DNA of 64,000 nucleotides from Holophagales bacterium (lineage in GTDB: Bacteria > Acidobacteriota > Thermoanaerobaculia > Multivoradales > UBA5704). Made by a program: the position numbers and the translations under genes. Positions 1 through 9,348 of this stretch are shown here, piece after piece. Where the stretch lies: positions 1,972 to 65,971 of the forward strand of contig JANNIH010000081.1 in NCBI GenBank assembly GCA_031404815.1, in the 5' to 3' direction. The notes under the pieces are model-generated. The model made no database searches. It was not told the DNA's origin and saw only the letters and a list, made by a program, of their open reading frames with translations. Position 1 is the stretch's first letter, and each line of letters starts with the position of its first letter.

Positions 1-1
1 G

Positions 2-730
2 CTCGACACATTGTACCTGCTCGAGGGCTTCGGATTCCGCGACCTACCGGTATCCCGACAGCGTAAGATTATGAATCGGTCGATACGCGGCATTGTGCTC
101 AATGAGCATGCCGACGAACAGGCGCGGTTTGACCTTTTTGACCGGATCAACACTGGCAGCAAGATCGCCAACAAAGCCGAGGTGCGGCGGGGTGCGTTAG
201 TGGGGCCCTTCCTCGACTTGGTGATTTCTCTGGCTACGGATTCGAGGTTCACGAAGCTGGCGCCCGTGCCGGAGGCACAGAACAAACTGCGTGCCGGGGA
301 GGAGCTCGTTACCCGATTCTTTGCATATGGAGACGGACTTGTCGGCTATCACGATAAAGTTTCCGAATTCCTGTTTGAGTACGCTCGGAGAATGAACCAG
401 AAGTTCGCGGAGAACCCGGACACTGTAGAGCAGTACCGGCAGCGGTTCTTTGACACCCTGGCGTTCGTCGCGCGAATCTTTCCGTACGGGTTCCGTCGCG
501 CGAGAAAGGGTGTGGCAACACCGAGGGCTCGATTTGAAGCCATCGCAGTTGGTAGCTACCTCGCGTTGAAGGAGCGGCCAGGCTTGGCCTCTGAATCTCC
601 CAACATTGATTGGTTGAACGGCGACGCCTTCAAAGAAGTAACGGGGTCGGACGGCGCGAATGCCATCAGTAGGCTGACCAATCGCCTTCATTTTGTGCGA
701 GATCGTTTGCTTGGAGAGCCTGGAGCGTGA
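2..730 (+). CDS. DUF262 (ParB/GmrSD-like) domain protein, 5'-truncated by window edge
   Basis: Frame is open from base 2. 'ARFDLFDRINTGSKIANKAEVRR' matches the DUF262 'LFxRINTG...L...E.R' segment. Its stop overlaps the next start (GTGA, 727-730). Confidence 0.8.
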   Translation, partial: LDTLYLLEGFGFRDLPVSRQRKIMNRSIRGIVLNEHADEQARFDLFDRINTGSKIANKAEVRRGALVGPFLDLVISLATDSRFTKLAPVPEAQNKLRAGEELVTRFFAYGDGLVGYHDKVSEFLFEYARRMNQKFAENPDTVEQYRQRFFDTLAFVARIFPYGFRRARKGVATPRARFEAIAVGSYLALKERPGLASESPNIDWLNGDAFKEVTGSDGANAISRLTNRLHFVRDRLLGEPGA

Positions 731-1461
731 GCGCCTTGACCGAGGCGTTTGAAACGCGACGGCAGGAGATCGACGCCTATCTGGATTTCCTCGCGGCCCT
801 CGACCAGCAAATTCAAGAAGGTGTGCCGAGGTTGGGAAAAGTTACAGTTACGGCACAGCAGCAGAAAATTCTCTATTCTGCCGTCTATCTGCATCTCTAC
901 AATCTGATCGAGGCAACCGTCACCCGCTGTGTGGATGCTGTTTCTGCTGTGGCGGCGTTGAGGTGGTACCCCCGCGACCTGTCAGCGCACCTCCGTCGCG
1001 AATGGGTTCGAGCCGCAGCGCGAACCCACGTCGGGATGGACTACGAGAAGCGCTTAGAGTCCGCACTTGAGCTTTGCGATGTTTTGGTTCGGGCGCTTCC
1101 AGTCCCGAGTTGGGAGATCGAGAAAGGTAGTGCCAACTGGGACGACCGACAGATTGAGAGCATCTCTTCTCGCATTGGGCTTAACCTTCGAATCAGCGCG
1201 GCGGTCCTTGAAGGCGTGAAACGCCCTTTTCGTGACGATCGAGGACCTCTGGGTCTTGTTAAATGTCTACGAAATGATCTCGCTCACGGTAGCCTCTCGT
1301 TCACAGAATGTGGCGAGGGGGCAACGGTCGAAAACCTGAAGGACTTGGCTCAGCGAACCGTCCATTACTTGCGAGAGGTTGTCGCGGCCTTTCAGACGTA
1401 TATCGAAGGTCACGAGTTTCTCGTTCCAGAGAAGCGACCTCGAACGGAAACACCCCCTTGA
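727..1461 (+). CDS. MAE_28990/MAE_18760-type HEPN domain protein (putative RNase)
   Basis: Rx4H motif 'RNDLAHG' and N-terminal 'YLHLYNLIEAT'. Lies between DUF262 and a DNA methylase, the known context of this family. Confidence 0.75.
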   Translation: MSALTEAFETRRQEIDAYLDFLAALDQQIQEGVPRLGKVTVTAQQQKILYSAVYLHLYNLIEATVTRCVDAVSAVAALRWYPRDLSAHLRREWVRAAARTHVGMDYEKRLESALELCDVLVRALPVPSWEIEKGSANWDDRQIESISSRIGLNLRISAAVLEGVKRPFRDDRGPLGLVKCLRNDLAHGSLSFTECGEGATVENLKDLAQRTVHYLREVVAAFQTYIEGHEFLVPEKRPRTETPP

Positions 1462-2537
1462 ACCACCTAGAGTACAAAACCGTCGACCACCCCAAGATCT
1501 CTTGCGTGGATCTCTTTTGCGGACTGGGTGGCCTTACGCACGGACTCATTCGAGGTGGCGTTCGGGTCGCTGCAGGGATCGACATCGATTCGTCTTGTCG
1601 ATTCCCTTACGAAACGAATAACGACGCTGCGTTTGTCGAAAGAGATATCCGCAACCTTACAGGGCCGGAGCTCTCAGGATTGTTCGGCCCCACTTCGGGC
1701 GCAAGACTATTGGCGGGCTGTGCTCCATGTCAGCCTTTCTCGACCTATAGCCGAAAAGGGCGCCATATCCGTAAGGATGCCAAGTGGGATCTGGTCAATG
1801 ACTTTGGGCGACTTGTCCAGGAAGCTCAGCCTGACCTCGTGACGATGGAGAATGTTCCTCAGCTTCTCGACCATCAGGTCTTCGAAAATTTTCTCGACGC
1901 GCTCGCCGGGTACTCGAAATGGTGGGGCGTTGTCGAGTGCGCGCGTTACGGCGTACCCCAGTCTCGCAAGAGACTCGTCTTGCTGGCCTCTCGATTGGGA
2001 CCCATTACCTTGACGCCACCAACGGAGAGCGAGAGCAGGAGAACCGTCCGCGACGCGATCGCCCATTTACCCCCGCTCGCGGCAGGAGAATCGGATCATG
2101 AGGATGCGCTCCATTCCGCCTGCTCATTGGCCCCGATCAACCTTCAGCGAATCAGAGCTTCGCGGCCAGGCGGAACTTGGCGCGATTGGGACGAATCATT
2201 GAAAGCAGGATGCCATCGAAAGGTGTCAGGAGAAACATATCCGAGCGTCTACGGGCGAATGGAGTGGGATAGCCCCGCCCCAACCATAACGACGCAGTGC
2301 TTCGGCTACGGAAATGGCCGATTTGGCCATCCCGAACAAGACCGAGCGATCTCTCTGCGAGAAGCTGCTGTGCTCCAAACGTTTCCGGACACCTATCGAT
2401 TTCTGCCAGAAGGAGAGCGCCCACGCTTCAGTGTGCTGGGCCGCTTGATCGGGAACGCGGTACCCGTTCGAATTGGTGAAGTCGTCGCAACAAGTTTGCT
2501 GTCCCACCTAGCCCCAGGAAACGAGAACTGCCCTTGA
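1458..2537 (+). CDS. C5 DNA cytosine methyltransferase
   Basis: Motif I DLFCGLGG, IV GCAPCQPFS, VI ENV, VIII YGVPQSRKRL, X IGNAVP. TTG start at 1458 overlaps the HEPN stop (TTGA); the track start at 1308 is too far upstream. Confidence 0.93.
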   Translation: MNHLEYKTVDHPKISCVDLFCGLGGLTHGLIRGGVRVAAGIDIDSSCRFPYETNNDAAFVERDIRNLTGPELSGLFGPTSGARLLAGCAPCQPFSTYSRKGRHIRKDAKWDLVNDFGRLVQEAQPDLVTMENVPQLLDHQVFENFLDALAGYSKWWGVVECARYGVPQSRKRLVLLASRLGPITLTPPTESESRRTVRDAIAHLPPLAAGESDHEDALHSACSLAPINLQRIRASRPGGTWRDWDESLKAGCHRKVSGETYPSVYGRMEWDSPAPTITTQCFGYGNGRFGHPEQDRAISLREAAVLQTFPDTYRFLPEGERPRFSVLGRLIGNAVPVRIGEVVATSLLSHLAPGNENCP

Positions 2538-5011
2538 GACGCTTCGTCCTTTTGTACGTCCTGCCCGCGATGCTGCTGCTCGGGGCGATCGCTCTCCCCC
2601 TCGCCCGCGGCGATCGGACCTTCTTTCTTCGCGATGTCCTGAACTCGCATCTGAACATGAAATGGTCGCAGGCCGAGGCGATGCGAGCGGGCTACCTGCC
2701 TCTGGTCGACATCTACCGGGCGGGAGGCCAGCCGCTCGCCGGGAACCCGAACGCCGCGCCGTTTTATCCCGACAATGTGCTCTACCTCTTCGCGTCACCG
2801 CTCTGGGCCGAGAACGCCCATTTCTGGATTCATCTGCTGCTCGCACCGTTCGCCTTCTTCTGGATGGCGCGCGCGTTCGGCCTGGGGCGCGAGGCGTCTT
2901 GGGCGGCCGCGCTCGCCTATACCTTCTCGGGGTTCTACTTCTCGCACCTGAACTTCTTCAACCTGATCGCCGGGGCGACTCTCGCCCCGGCGTTCGTCGC
3001 CGCCTGTTTGCGCCTGGGGGTTTCCGAGCGGAAAGCCGCCCGCGCTTGGATGCCGCTCGCGCTCGCGCTGCTCTGGACCCTGCTGCTGCTCGGTGGCGAC
3101 CCGTTTCTCGCTGTCCTCGCCCTCGCGCTCGGCGGAACCGCGTTCCTGATGCGGAAACCGCGGCCGCGCTTCGCCCATTGGGCGATCTTGGCCGGCGCGC
3201 TCGCGCTCGGCTCGGTGGTCGCGCTGCCGCAGATCGTCGAATTCCTGCGTATTCTACCCCTGTCGTTTCGCGGTCACTACGGCTACACCGCCAAGGTCGC
3301 GATGGTCGCCAGCTGGGATCCGCACCAGCTGATCGAATGGCTGGTGCCGTTCTTCTTCGGTCGGCCGGATCGCCTGGGAGGCGGGGGGTTTTGGGGGCAT
3401 CGGTACTTTACGGACGTGCCCCCCTACTACTTCTCGCTCTACCCCGGCTTGCTGGTCCTGGCGCTCGCCGCCACCTCGGGCAAGCCGCGCTCGCGCGCCG
3501 CGCTCTGGTCTTGGGGTGCCGTGGCGTTCGGACTGTTCTTCGCTCTGGGCAAGTTCAACCCCGGGGTCGATTGGATCTTCGAGCTCGGTCGCGGATCGTT
3601 CCGCTACCCGGTCAAGTTCTGGCCGCCGGTGGCCGTTGGGCTCGCGATGCTCGCCGGCATCGGTTTCGAGCGCCTGTTCGCTCGAACGGACGCCGAGCGA
3701 CCCCGGGCGTTTCGGGTCGCGCTGTCGGTGCTCTTCATCGCCCTGTTCGGCGCGTGGATCTTCTTGAGTTTCTTTCCCGAACCGGCGCGCGCCGGAGCGA
3801 AGTGGCTGATGACCAACCGGCCGGCCGCCCTGATCGAGAACGAGCGCCTCCGCTGGGCCGGTCTCTGCCTGTTTTCCTGGGTTGCGGTCGCCCTGTTCGG
3901 CCTGGCCGCGCGCCTTTCGCGTCGGCATGCCGTCCTCGGTGGTGCCCTCCTGCTTTCGCTCCACGTCGCCTTCCAGCTGTTTTTCTTGGGGCCGCTCTAC
4001 GCGACCGACGAGGTCGGTCCCTACCTTACGACACCCGCTGCGCTCGCCTTCGTGCCGCCGGGATCGCGGGTGGTCCACGGCTCGTTCCTGAACCTGTTCC
4101 ACGATGCGAAGATCGAGGGGGGTAACTTTCCCCAGCCGCTCACTCTGTTTCTGGAGCGCCGCGCGTTCGCCGAGCTCTATCCGTTCACCGGCCCGATCCA
4201 CAAGAGGCGCTTCGAGCTCAACGTGTCGCCCGAAGGGCTCGATTCGTTCCTGACCCGGATGTCCCAAGGGGGGATCAAGACGGCCAAGGATATCGACCGG
4301 GTGCGCCTGCTCGCGGCGTGGGGGGTGAATCGGCTGTTGATCGGCGCGCCGCTCGCGGCGGATGCGGAAAGACAGGTCCGACGGCTCGCCAAGCTGCCGA
4401 GCTTCGGCCGCGAGCTGCTGATCTACGAGATCCCCAATGCCGCCCCCTCCGCCTACTTGGCCACCCGATTGATTGGGGCGCCCCACATGAACAGCGGCTA
4501 CGCCGCGCTGCTCGCGCCCGACTTCGATCCCCGAAGCGAAGCGGTGGTCGAAGGCAAAGTCGGCTCACAACGGCGCGGCGGCGGCACGGTGCGCATTCTT
4601 CGTGACGAATCGGAACGGTTCGTGGCCGAACTCGACTCCCGTGGACCCGGTTTCCTGGTCGTCCAGCGCGCCGACCTGTCGATCTATCGGGTGACCCTCG
4701 ACGGGAAACCCGCGGAGCGCAGGATCGCCAACCTCCAACGTATCGGGATCCCGGTTCCCGCCGGCCGGCACCGGGTCGAGATCGAAACCGACCGCCGACC
4801 GCTCCACCGCTCGACCGCCGCGGCGCTCGCCGCGCTGCTGCTTCTGCCGCTCCTCGGATGGTTCGGAGGACGGGTGCGGCCTCCGGTTCAGCCGGAAGTA
4901 CCGGCCGAGGAAAGTCTCGCGGACGAAGTGGATTCGCCGGTAGAGCTTCCGGAGACCGCGGAGATACCCTCGGACATTCCGGTCGAAAAACTAGAAAGTG
5001 GGGAGCTGTGA
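2534..5011 (+). CDS. YfhO-like multi-pass membrane protein (GT-C-type glycosyltransferase)
   Basis: 825 aa with many hydrophobic helices; 'GGQPLAGNPNAAPFYP', 'RYPVKF' and a C-terminal 'GIPVPAGRHRVE' segment typical of YfhO proteins. Confidence 0.75.
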   Translation: MRRFVLLYVLPAMLLLGAIALPLARGDRTFFLRDVLNSHLNMKWSQAEAMRAGYLPLVDIYRAGGQPLAGNPNAAPFYPDNVLYLFASPLWAENAHFWIHLLLAPFAFFWMARAFGLGREASWAAALAYTFSGFYFSHLNFFNLIAGATLAPAFVAACLRLGVSERKAARAWMPLALALLWTLLLLGGDPFLAVLALALGGTAFLMRKPRPRFAHWAILAGALALGSVVALPQIVEFLRILPLSFRGHYGYTAKVAMVASWDPHQLIEWLVPFFFGRPDRLGGGGFWGHRYFTDVPPYYFSLYPGLLVLALAATSGKPRSRAALWSWGAVAFGLFFALGKFNPGVDWIFELGRGSFRYPVKFWPPVAVGLAMLAGIGFERLFARTDAERPRAFRVALSVLFIALFGAWIFLSFFPEPARAGAKWLMTNRPAALIENERLRWAGLCLFSWVAVALFGLAARLSRRHAVLGGALLLSLHVAFQLFFLGPLYATDEVGPYLTTPAALAFVPPGSRVVHGSFLNLFHDAKIEGGNFPQPLTLFLERRAFAELYPFTGPIHKRRFELNVSPEGLDSFLTRMSQGGIKTAKDIDRVRLLAAWGVNRLLIGAPLAADAERQVRRLAKLPSFGRELLIYEIPNAAPSAYLATRLIGAPHMNSGYAALLAPDFDPRSEAVVEGKVGSQRRGGGTVRILRDESERFVAELDSRGPGFLVVQRADLSIYRVTLDGKPAERRIANLQRIGIPVPAGRHRVEIETDRRPLHRSTAAALAALLLLPLLGWFGGRVRPPVQPEVPAEESLADEVDSPVELPETAEIPSDIPVEKLESGEL

Positions 5012-5535
5012 TGAAAAACACGTCCGCCGCATGGATTTTCCTCGGCCTGCTCGCAGGCTGCCGCGCTCCCGCGCCGGAGGCGACGGAGCCGGCCGTCAGG
5101 TCCGATCTCTCTTCCGGACTCGACAGCTCCGCCGTTGAACCGGAGACCACCACACCGGACAAGGTGAAGGCGACGAAGAGCCTTTCGGGGAGGTTCGTCG
5201 GCTTCGAGGCGGGCGACTATCTGCACGGCGTGTTCAGCCAGCCGGACGGCGAGAGGGTGTCGTTCTTCCTCGAGCGCGGGATGGAGATTTTTCTCCTCGA
5301 CCATGCGCAGGAATCGCTGGAGCTGGAGGTTCAAACGCTCGACACCAATATCCCCGAAGCGGGCGGGATCATCGAGATCGATCGGCTTCACTCCATTCGG
5401 GCGGGCGGCGTGAGCTTTGCCGATTGGTGGAAGACGGCGGAACCGAACTTCGGCAAGCTGCTCGACGAGTATCAGGCAGGAATCGAAAAAGCGACGCTCG
5501 CGCCGGATTTGGGGGAGACGAGCGACAACCGTTGA
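5011..5535 (+). CDS. Hypothetical lipoprotein
   Basis: ATG overlaps the upstream TGA. Signal peptide with lipobox LLAG-C; 174 aa. Confidence 0.65.
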   Translation: MKNTSAAWIFLGLLAGCRAPAPEATEPAVRSDLSSGLDSSAVEPETTTPDKVKATKSLSGRFVGFEAGDYLHGVFSQPDGERVSFFLERGMEIFLLDHAQESLELEVQTLDTNIPEAGGIIEIDRLHSIRAGGVSFADWWKTAEPNFGKLLDEYQAGIEKATLAPDLGETSDNR

Positions 5536-5536
5536 A

Positions 5537-6256
5537 TCAGACCGACCCGCCCAAAACCAGCACGAACTCACCTTTGAGGCTCGGCCGGGCGGTAAAGACG
5601 ACCAGCAGGTGAGAGAGCGGCCCGCGCACGATCTCCTCGTGGAGTTTGGTCAGCTCCCGGCCGATCGCGGCGGGGCGGTCGCCCAGCTCGGCATGCGCGT
5701 CGGCGAGCGAAGCGAGCAGGCGATGCGGCGATTCGAACAGGATGACTGTGTGACCGAGCGCGCCCATCTCGCGGTAGAAGGTGCGGCGCTTGCCCGAACG
5801 AAACGGTGGAAAGCCGGCGAACGTGAACGGGTACGGGGGGAGAGCCGAAGCGACCAACGCCGCAAGGATCGCGGAGGCCCCGGGGATCGGCTCGATCCTG
5901 GCGCCGCGGGCCGCCGCTTCTCGGACGAGCAGAAAGCCGGGGTCGGAGAGGAGCGGGGTGCCCGCGTCGCTCGCCACCGCCACCGTGGATCCCCGTTCCA
6001 GCTCGGCGAGCAGGCGCGGCAGGCGCTGCCGTTCGTTGTGCTCGTGCAAGGAGACCAGCGGTTTGCGAATGCCGAGATGGGCGAGCAGCTTGCCGGTCTG
6101 CCGGGTGTCCTCGCAGGCGATCAGGTCCGCGCGTTCGAACGCCTCGCGGGCGCGCGCCGAAAGATCTCCGAGGTTGCCGATCGGGGTCGAAACCAGCAGC
6201 AGCCGACCGGGATACGGCGCATCGGGCGCGCGGGAAGTGTCCGCAGGGGAAGACAT
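5537..6256 (-). CDS. rsmI: 16S rRNA (cytidine1402-2'-O)-methyltransferase
   Basis: 'LVSTPIGNLGDLS.RA', 'ACEDTRQT', 'SDAGTPLLSDPG', 'FESPHR', 'RELTKLHEE'. Start chosen at ATG 6256. Confidence 0.93.
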   Translation of the reverse strand: MSSPADTSRAPDAPYPGRLLLVSTPIGNLGDLSARAREAFERADLIACEDTRQTGKLLAHLGIRKPLVSLHEHNERQRLPRLLAELERGSTVAVASDAGTPLLSDPGFLLVREAAARGARIEPIPGASAILAALVASALPPYPFTFAGFPPFRSGKRRTFYREMGALGHTVILFESPHRLLASLADAHAELGDRPAAIGRELTKLHEEIVRGPLSHLLVVFTARPSLKGEFVLVLGGSV

Positions 6257-6282
6257 CGTGGCGGATGCTAGCATCCGCTGCG

Positions 6283-7002
6283 ATGGCATCGACGATCGCG
6301 CGCACTCTCGCCGGATTTCTCCTCGCGGCTTTGCCGGCAGCCGGATTCGGTGCGGCGGTCGGCCCGGTCGCCCGGCTGCTCGATCGGGTGGTCGCGGTGG
6401 TCGACGAAGATCCGATCCTCGCCTCCGACCTAGAGCGGGTGATCGGCCTCGGACTGGTCACCGCCCGAGCGGGCGAAAGCGCCGACTCGCTCCGCCGCAG
6501 GGTACTCGATCAGCTGATCGAGCAAAGGCTGCGCTCACACGAGATCGACCGTTCGGGGTTTGTCGAGGTCCCGGTCGAAGAGATCGAGCTTCAGATCGGC
6601 GAGATCCGCGCCCGCTTTCCCGACGAGGCGGCGTTTTCGCTTCGGCTGACCGAGTTGGGGATGACCCGGGCGACTCTCGCGCAGTTGGTCGCGCGCCAGA
6701 TCGCGGTGTTGGTCTACATCGACGAGCGCTTGGGACCGCGGGTGTTCGTGAGCCTCGACGACATTCGGGATTACTACCTTGCGACCCTCACCCCCGAGCT
6801 CGAGAAGCGCGGCGAGAAGGTACCGCCGCTCGACGATGTGCGAGAGCAGATCCGGGCGGTCCTGCGCGAACAGCGCTTGAACGTCGAGCTGGCCCGCTGG
6901 TCCGAAGAGCTCCGACGCAATTTCGATGTCGAGAGCTTCTACGACGAACCGGTCGACCGTCTGCCGCCGCTCCTGCGCACGATCGAAACGCCGCCCGGCT
7001 GA
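6283..7002 (+). CDS. SurA N-terminal-domain chaperone-like protein
   Basis: Signal peptide, then 'LDRVVAVVDEDPILASDL' and 'RRRVLDQLIEQRL'; no PPIase domain visible. Confidence 0.72.
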   Translation: MASTIARTLAGFLLAALPAAGFGAAVGPVARLLDRVVAVVDEDPILASDLERVIGLGLVTARAGESADSLRRRVLDQLIEQRLRSHEIDRSGFVEVPVEEIELQIGEIRARFPDEAAFSLRLTELGMTRATLAQLVARQIAVLVYIDERLGPRVFVSLDDIRDYYLATLTPELEKRGEKVPPLDDVREQIRAVLREQRLNVELARWSEELRRNFDVESFYDEPVDRLPPLLRTIETPPG

Positions 7003-7021
7003 GCGCGACCGCTTCGTCCGC

Positions 7022-9289
7022 TCAAGGGCGGACGCCGACGCTGTAGACCTCTCGGTAGTGGGCCCAGGAGGCGACCACTGCGGCGAGGTAGGCCCGAGCG
7101 GCGGGATCGGTGATCTTGGTCCAGTACTCCTCCGGTTCGGAGGTCGCGCAGTACCCTTGCCAGATCCGCGCCGCTTCCGAACCGGCTTCGAGCGCGGTGA
7201 TCGCCCGATGAACGGAGCCGCGGGCGACCCCCAACTCGGCCCCCAGCTCCGCGGCGACCAAGGGGATCGCGACCTCGGGACGTTCCAGATCGTCTGCGGT
7301 CGGGCCGGGCAACCCGGCTTGGGCTGCGACTCGAACCTGCCGGGCGAGCAGCGAACCGGCAAGGCCGCGCCCGGCGCCGCGCACCAGGCTGGGATCGAAT
7401 CGGCTCTCCTCGCGCAAGATCGCCGCGAGCAGCAGCGGATCGACGCCACGCCGCGGCCCTTCGCGACGCAACAGATCGGCGTACGGAAAGGGATAGAGCA
7501 GACGGCGCAGAGCGAGGGGCAGGAGCGGCTCGGGAAGATTAATGGGTACCCTTGCGCGCACCCCTTCGGCCAGCGCGATCGAACGGCGCGTATGCCCGAC
7601 CCTGGCGAGTTCCTGAGCGGCGGTGAACGCCAAATCCGGGTCGTTCGGTGGAAAGAGGTCCGGGGCCGCAACGCCGCCATCGGTCCAAATCCCTAAGCCG
7701 AGGAGCATCACCTCGGCGCGGAAGCGCCCATGGGTCGAGGCCGGGCTCCAGACCGGCCAGCGCTCGACCGGCACCCGAGTCAACCTCAGAAACGGCGCCG
7801 CCTCTCGGTCGGCGAGCAGGACTTTGGCCAGCCGCCCCCGAGCGGAGCGGCCGAGCGGATTTCTGTCGCCCAAAATCAGCCAAGCTCCCAGCAAGTCGGC
7901 CGGCTTTCCCGTTTCGGCCATCCGTTGGGCGAGAATCGTCGCCGTGGGCGCGAGGCCCGGTCCCGCCAAGCGGCGGCGGGCGCCTTCCGCGAGCAGGTGG
8001 TACGGGTCGATCCGGAGCACCTCCAAATAGGCGTTCACTTTGGCCTGCGGGCTGCCCGAGAGCTCGATAGACCGCGCGCGCCAGTAGGCGAATTCGATCG
8101 GTTCGCCGACCGCACCCGGTCCGCCCAGCCAAGCGCGAGCCCGGTCGCCGCGGCCGCGGACGAGATCCGACGCCGCGAGAAACAACGCCGCCCGAGCGGC
8201 TTCGCCGCGCCAAGCGGGGCGTGCGGCGAGGCGCGCGAGCAGGTTGCCCGCGGTCGCCTCGTCGCCGGATCGCGCCGCGAGCCGGAGCGCCGCAGCGTAG
8301 GCCGCAGCCGTCTGCGCTCCGTCCGGATCGGCGGCCGCCGCCGCGAGATAGCGCCCCATCGCCATCTGCGCCTGACCGCGCGCTTCGAAGCCACGCCCTT
8401 GATCGAAGCGCGCCTCTGCGCGGGACGAAGCGCCGCCCGCCTGATGCGCCGCGATTTCGAGCTGGGCGATCGCCGGGTCGTATTGCCCGGCCTGGAGCTG
8501 AACCCTTCCGAGCGAGACCGCCGCCGCCGACTGGTCGCGGCGCGAAGCCGAGAACCCGGCGCGGCGCAACGAGAGGATCGCCCGCTCGAACTCTCCGCCC
8601 AACGCGAGCACCAGGCCGGAAAGGAGCGCGGAGCGCCCGCGGGGAGCGGCTTGGATTTCGCCGAGATCGGCGAGGCGCTGGGCCGCAGCGAACGCCCAGT
8701 CGTCGATCGTCGACTCATCGAGAAGATCGACCAGAAGGCTGCGGCCGAGTTCGGTATCTCCCGCGCGGAAGGCACAATCGGCGCGGGCGAGCTGGAGCGC
8801 CCGCCGCTCGGGCGGCGCGAAGGCGAGGAGCGTGATCGCCTTGAGCAATCGACAGTCGCCCCCTTGCTCCAAGCTGCGCTGGAACAGCCGGACCGCTCTC
8901 TGAGCCAGGGGCGATCGGGCTTCCTGTGCGGCCACCGCGGCGAGCAAGCCGGCGGCCACCTCCGGATGCCCCGCACGCATTTGGCCGAGCGCGAGCCGAT
9001 ACCGACCATATGCGGCGAGCGCAGGGGCCTCGATCATCGCCGCCGCGAACGCTTCCCCGGCACGCCGCTCATCGCCCAGTCCTTCGAGCAGATGGCCGCG
9101 AAGATAGGAGAGGCCGAGTTCGCGCGCGAGCGGTGGCCGGCTCGCGAGCTCGCGATCGACCCGGGTCAAGGCGTCGCGATCCCGCCCGACCCGCTGCAGC
9201 TCGACCAACTGCGGTCGGGGATCCGGACCAGCCGAACCACCCGACAGGGCCAATGCGAAAGTGGCAACGAAGAAAGGCGCGTTCAGCAT
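7022..9289 (-). CDS. TPR-rich soluble lytic transglycosylase-like protein (degenerate SLT motifs)
   Basis: Signal peptide, long helical repeat region, and 'LLYPFPY...VDPLLLAAILREESRFDP' at the start of the SLT domain. Confidence 0.75.
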   Translation of the reverse strand: MLNAPFFVATFALALSGGSAGPDPRPQLVELQRVGRDRDALTRVDRELASRPPLARELGLSYLRGHLLEGLGDERRAGEAFAAAMIEAPALAAYGRYRLALGQMRAGHPEVAAGLLAAVAAQEARSPLAQRAVRLFQRSLEQGGDCRLLKAITLLAFAPPERRALQLARADCAFRAGDTELGRSLLVDLLDESTIDDWAFAAAQRLADLGEIQAAPRGRSALLSGLVLALGGEFERAILSLRRAGFSASRRDQSAAAVSLGRVQLQAGQYDPAIAQLEIAAHQAGGASSRAEARFDQGRGFEARGQAQMAMGRYLAAAAADPDGAQTAAAYAAALRLAARSGDEATAGNLLARLAARPAWRGEAARAALFLAASDLVRGRGDRARAWLGGPGAVGEPIEFAYWRARSIELSGSPQAKVNAYLEVLRIDPYHLLAEGARRRLAGPGLAPTATILAQRMAETGKPADLLGAWLILGDRNPLGRSARGRLAKVLLADREAAPFLRLTRVPVERWPVWSPASTHGRFRAEVMLLGLGIWTDGGVAAPDLFPPNDPDLAFTAAQELARVGHTRRSIALAEGVRARVPINLPEPLLPLALRRLLYPFPYADLLRREGPRRGVDPLLLAAILREESRFDPSLVRGAGRGLAGSLLARQVRVAAQAGLPGPTADDLERPEVAIPLVAAELGAELGVARGSVHRAITALEAGSEAARIWQGYCATSEPEEYWTKITDPAARAYLAAVVASWAHYREVYSVGVRP

Positions 9290-9348
9290 GGTCGGTCGAG
9301 TCGGTGAAGTTCGCTCCCGAGGGGGTTGTGGTGCGAGAGGCGCTCGTT

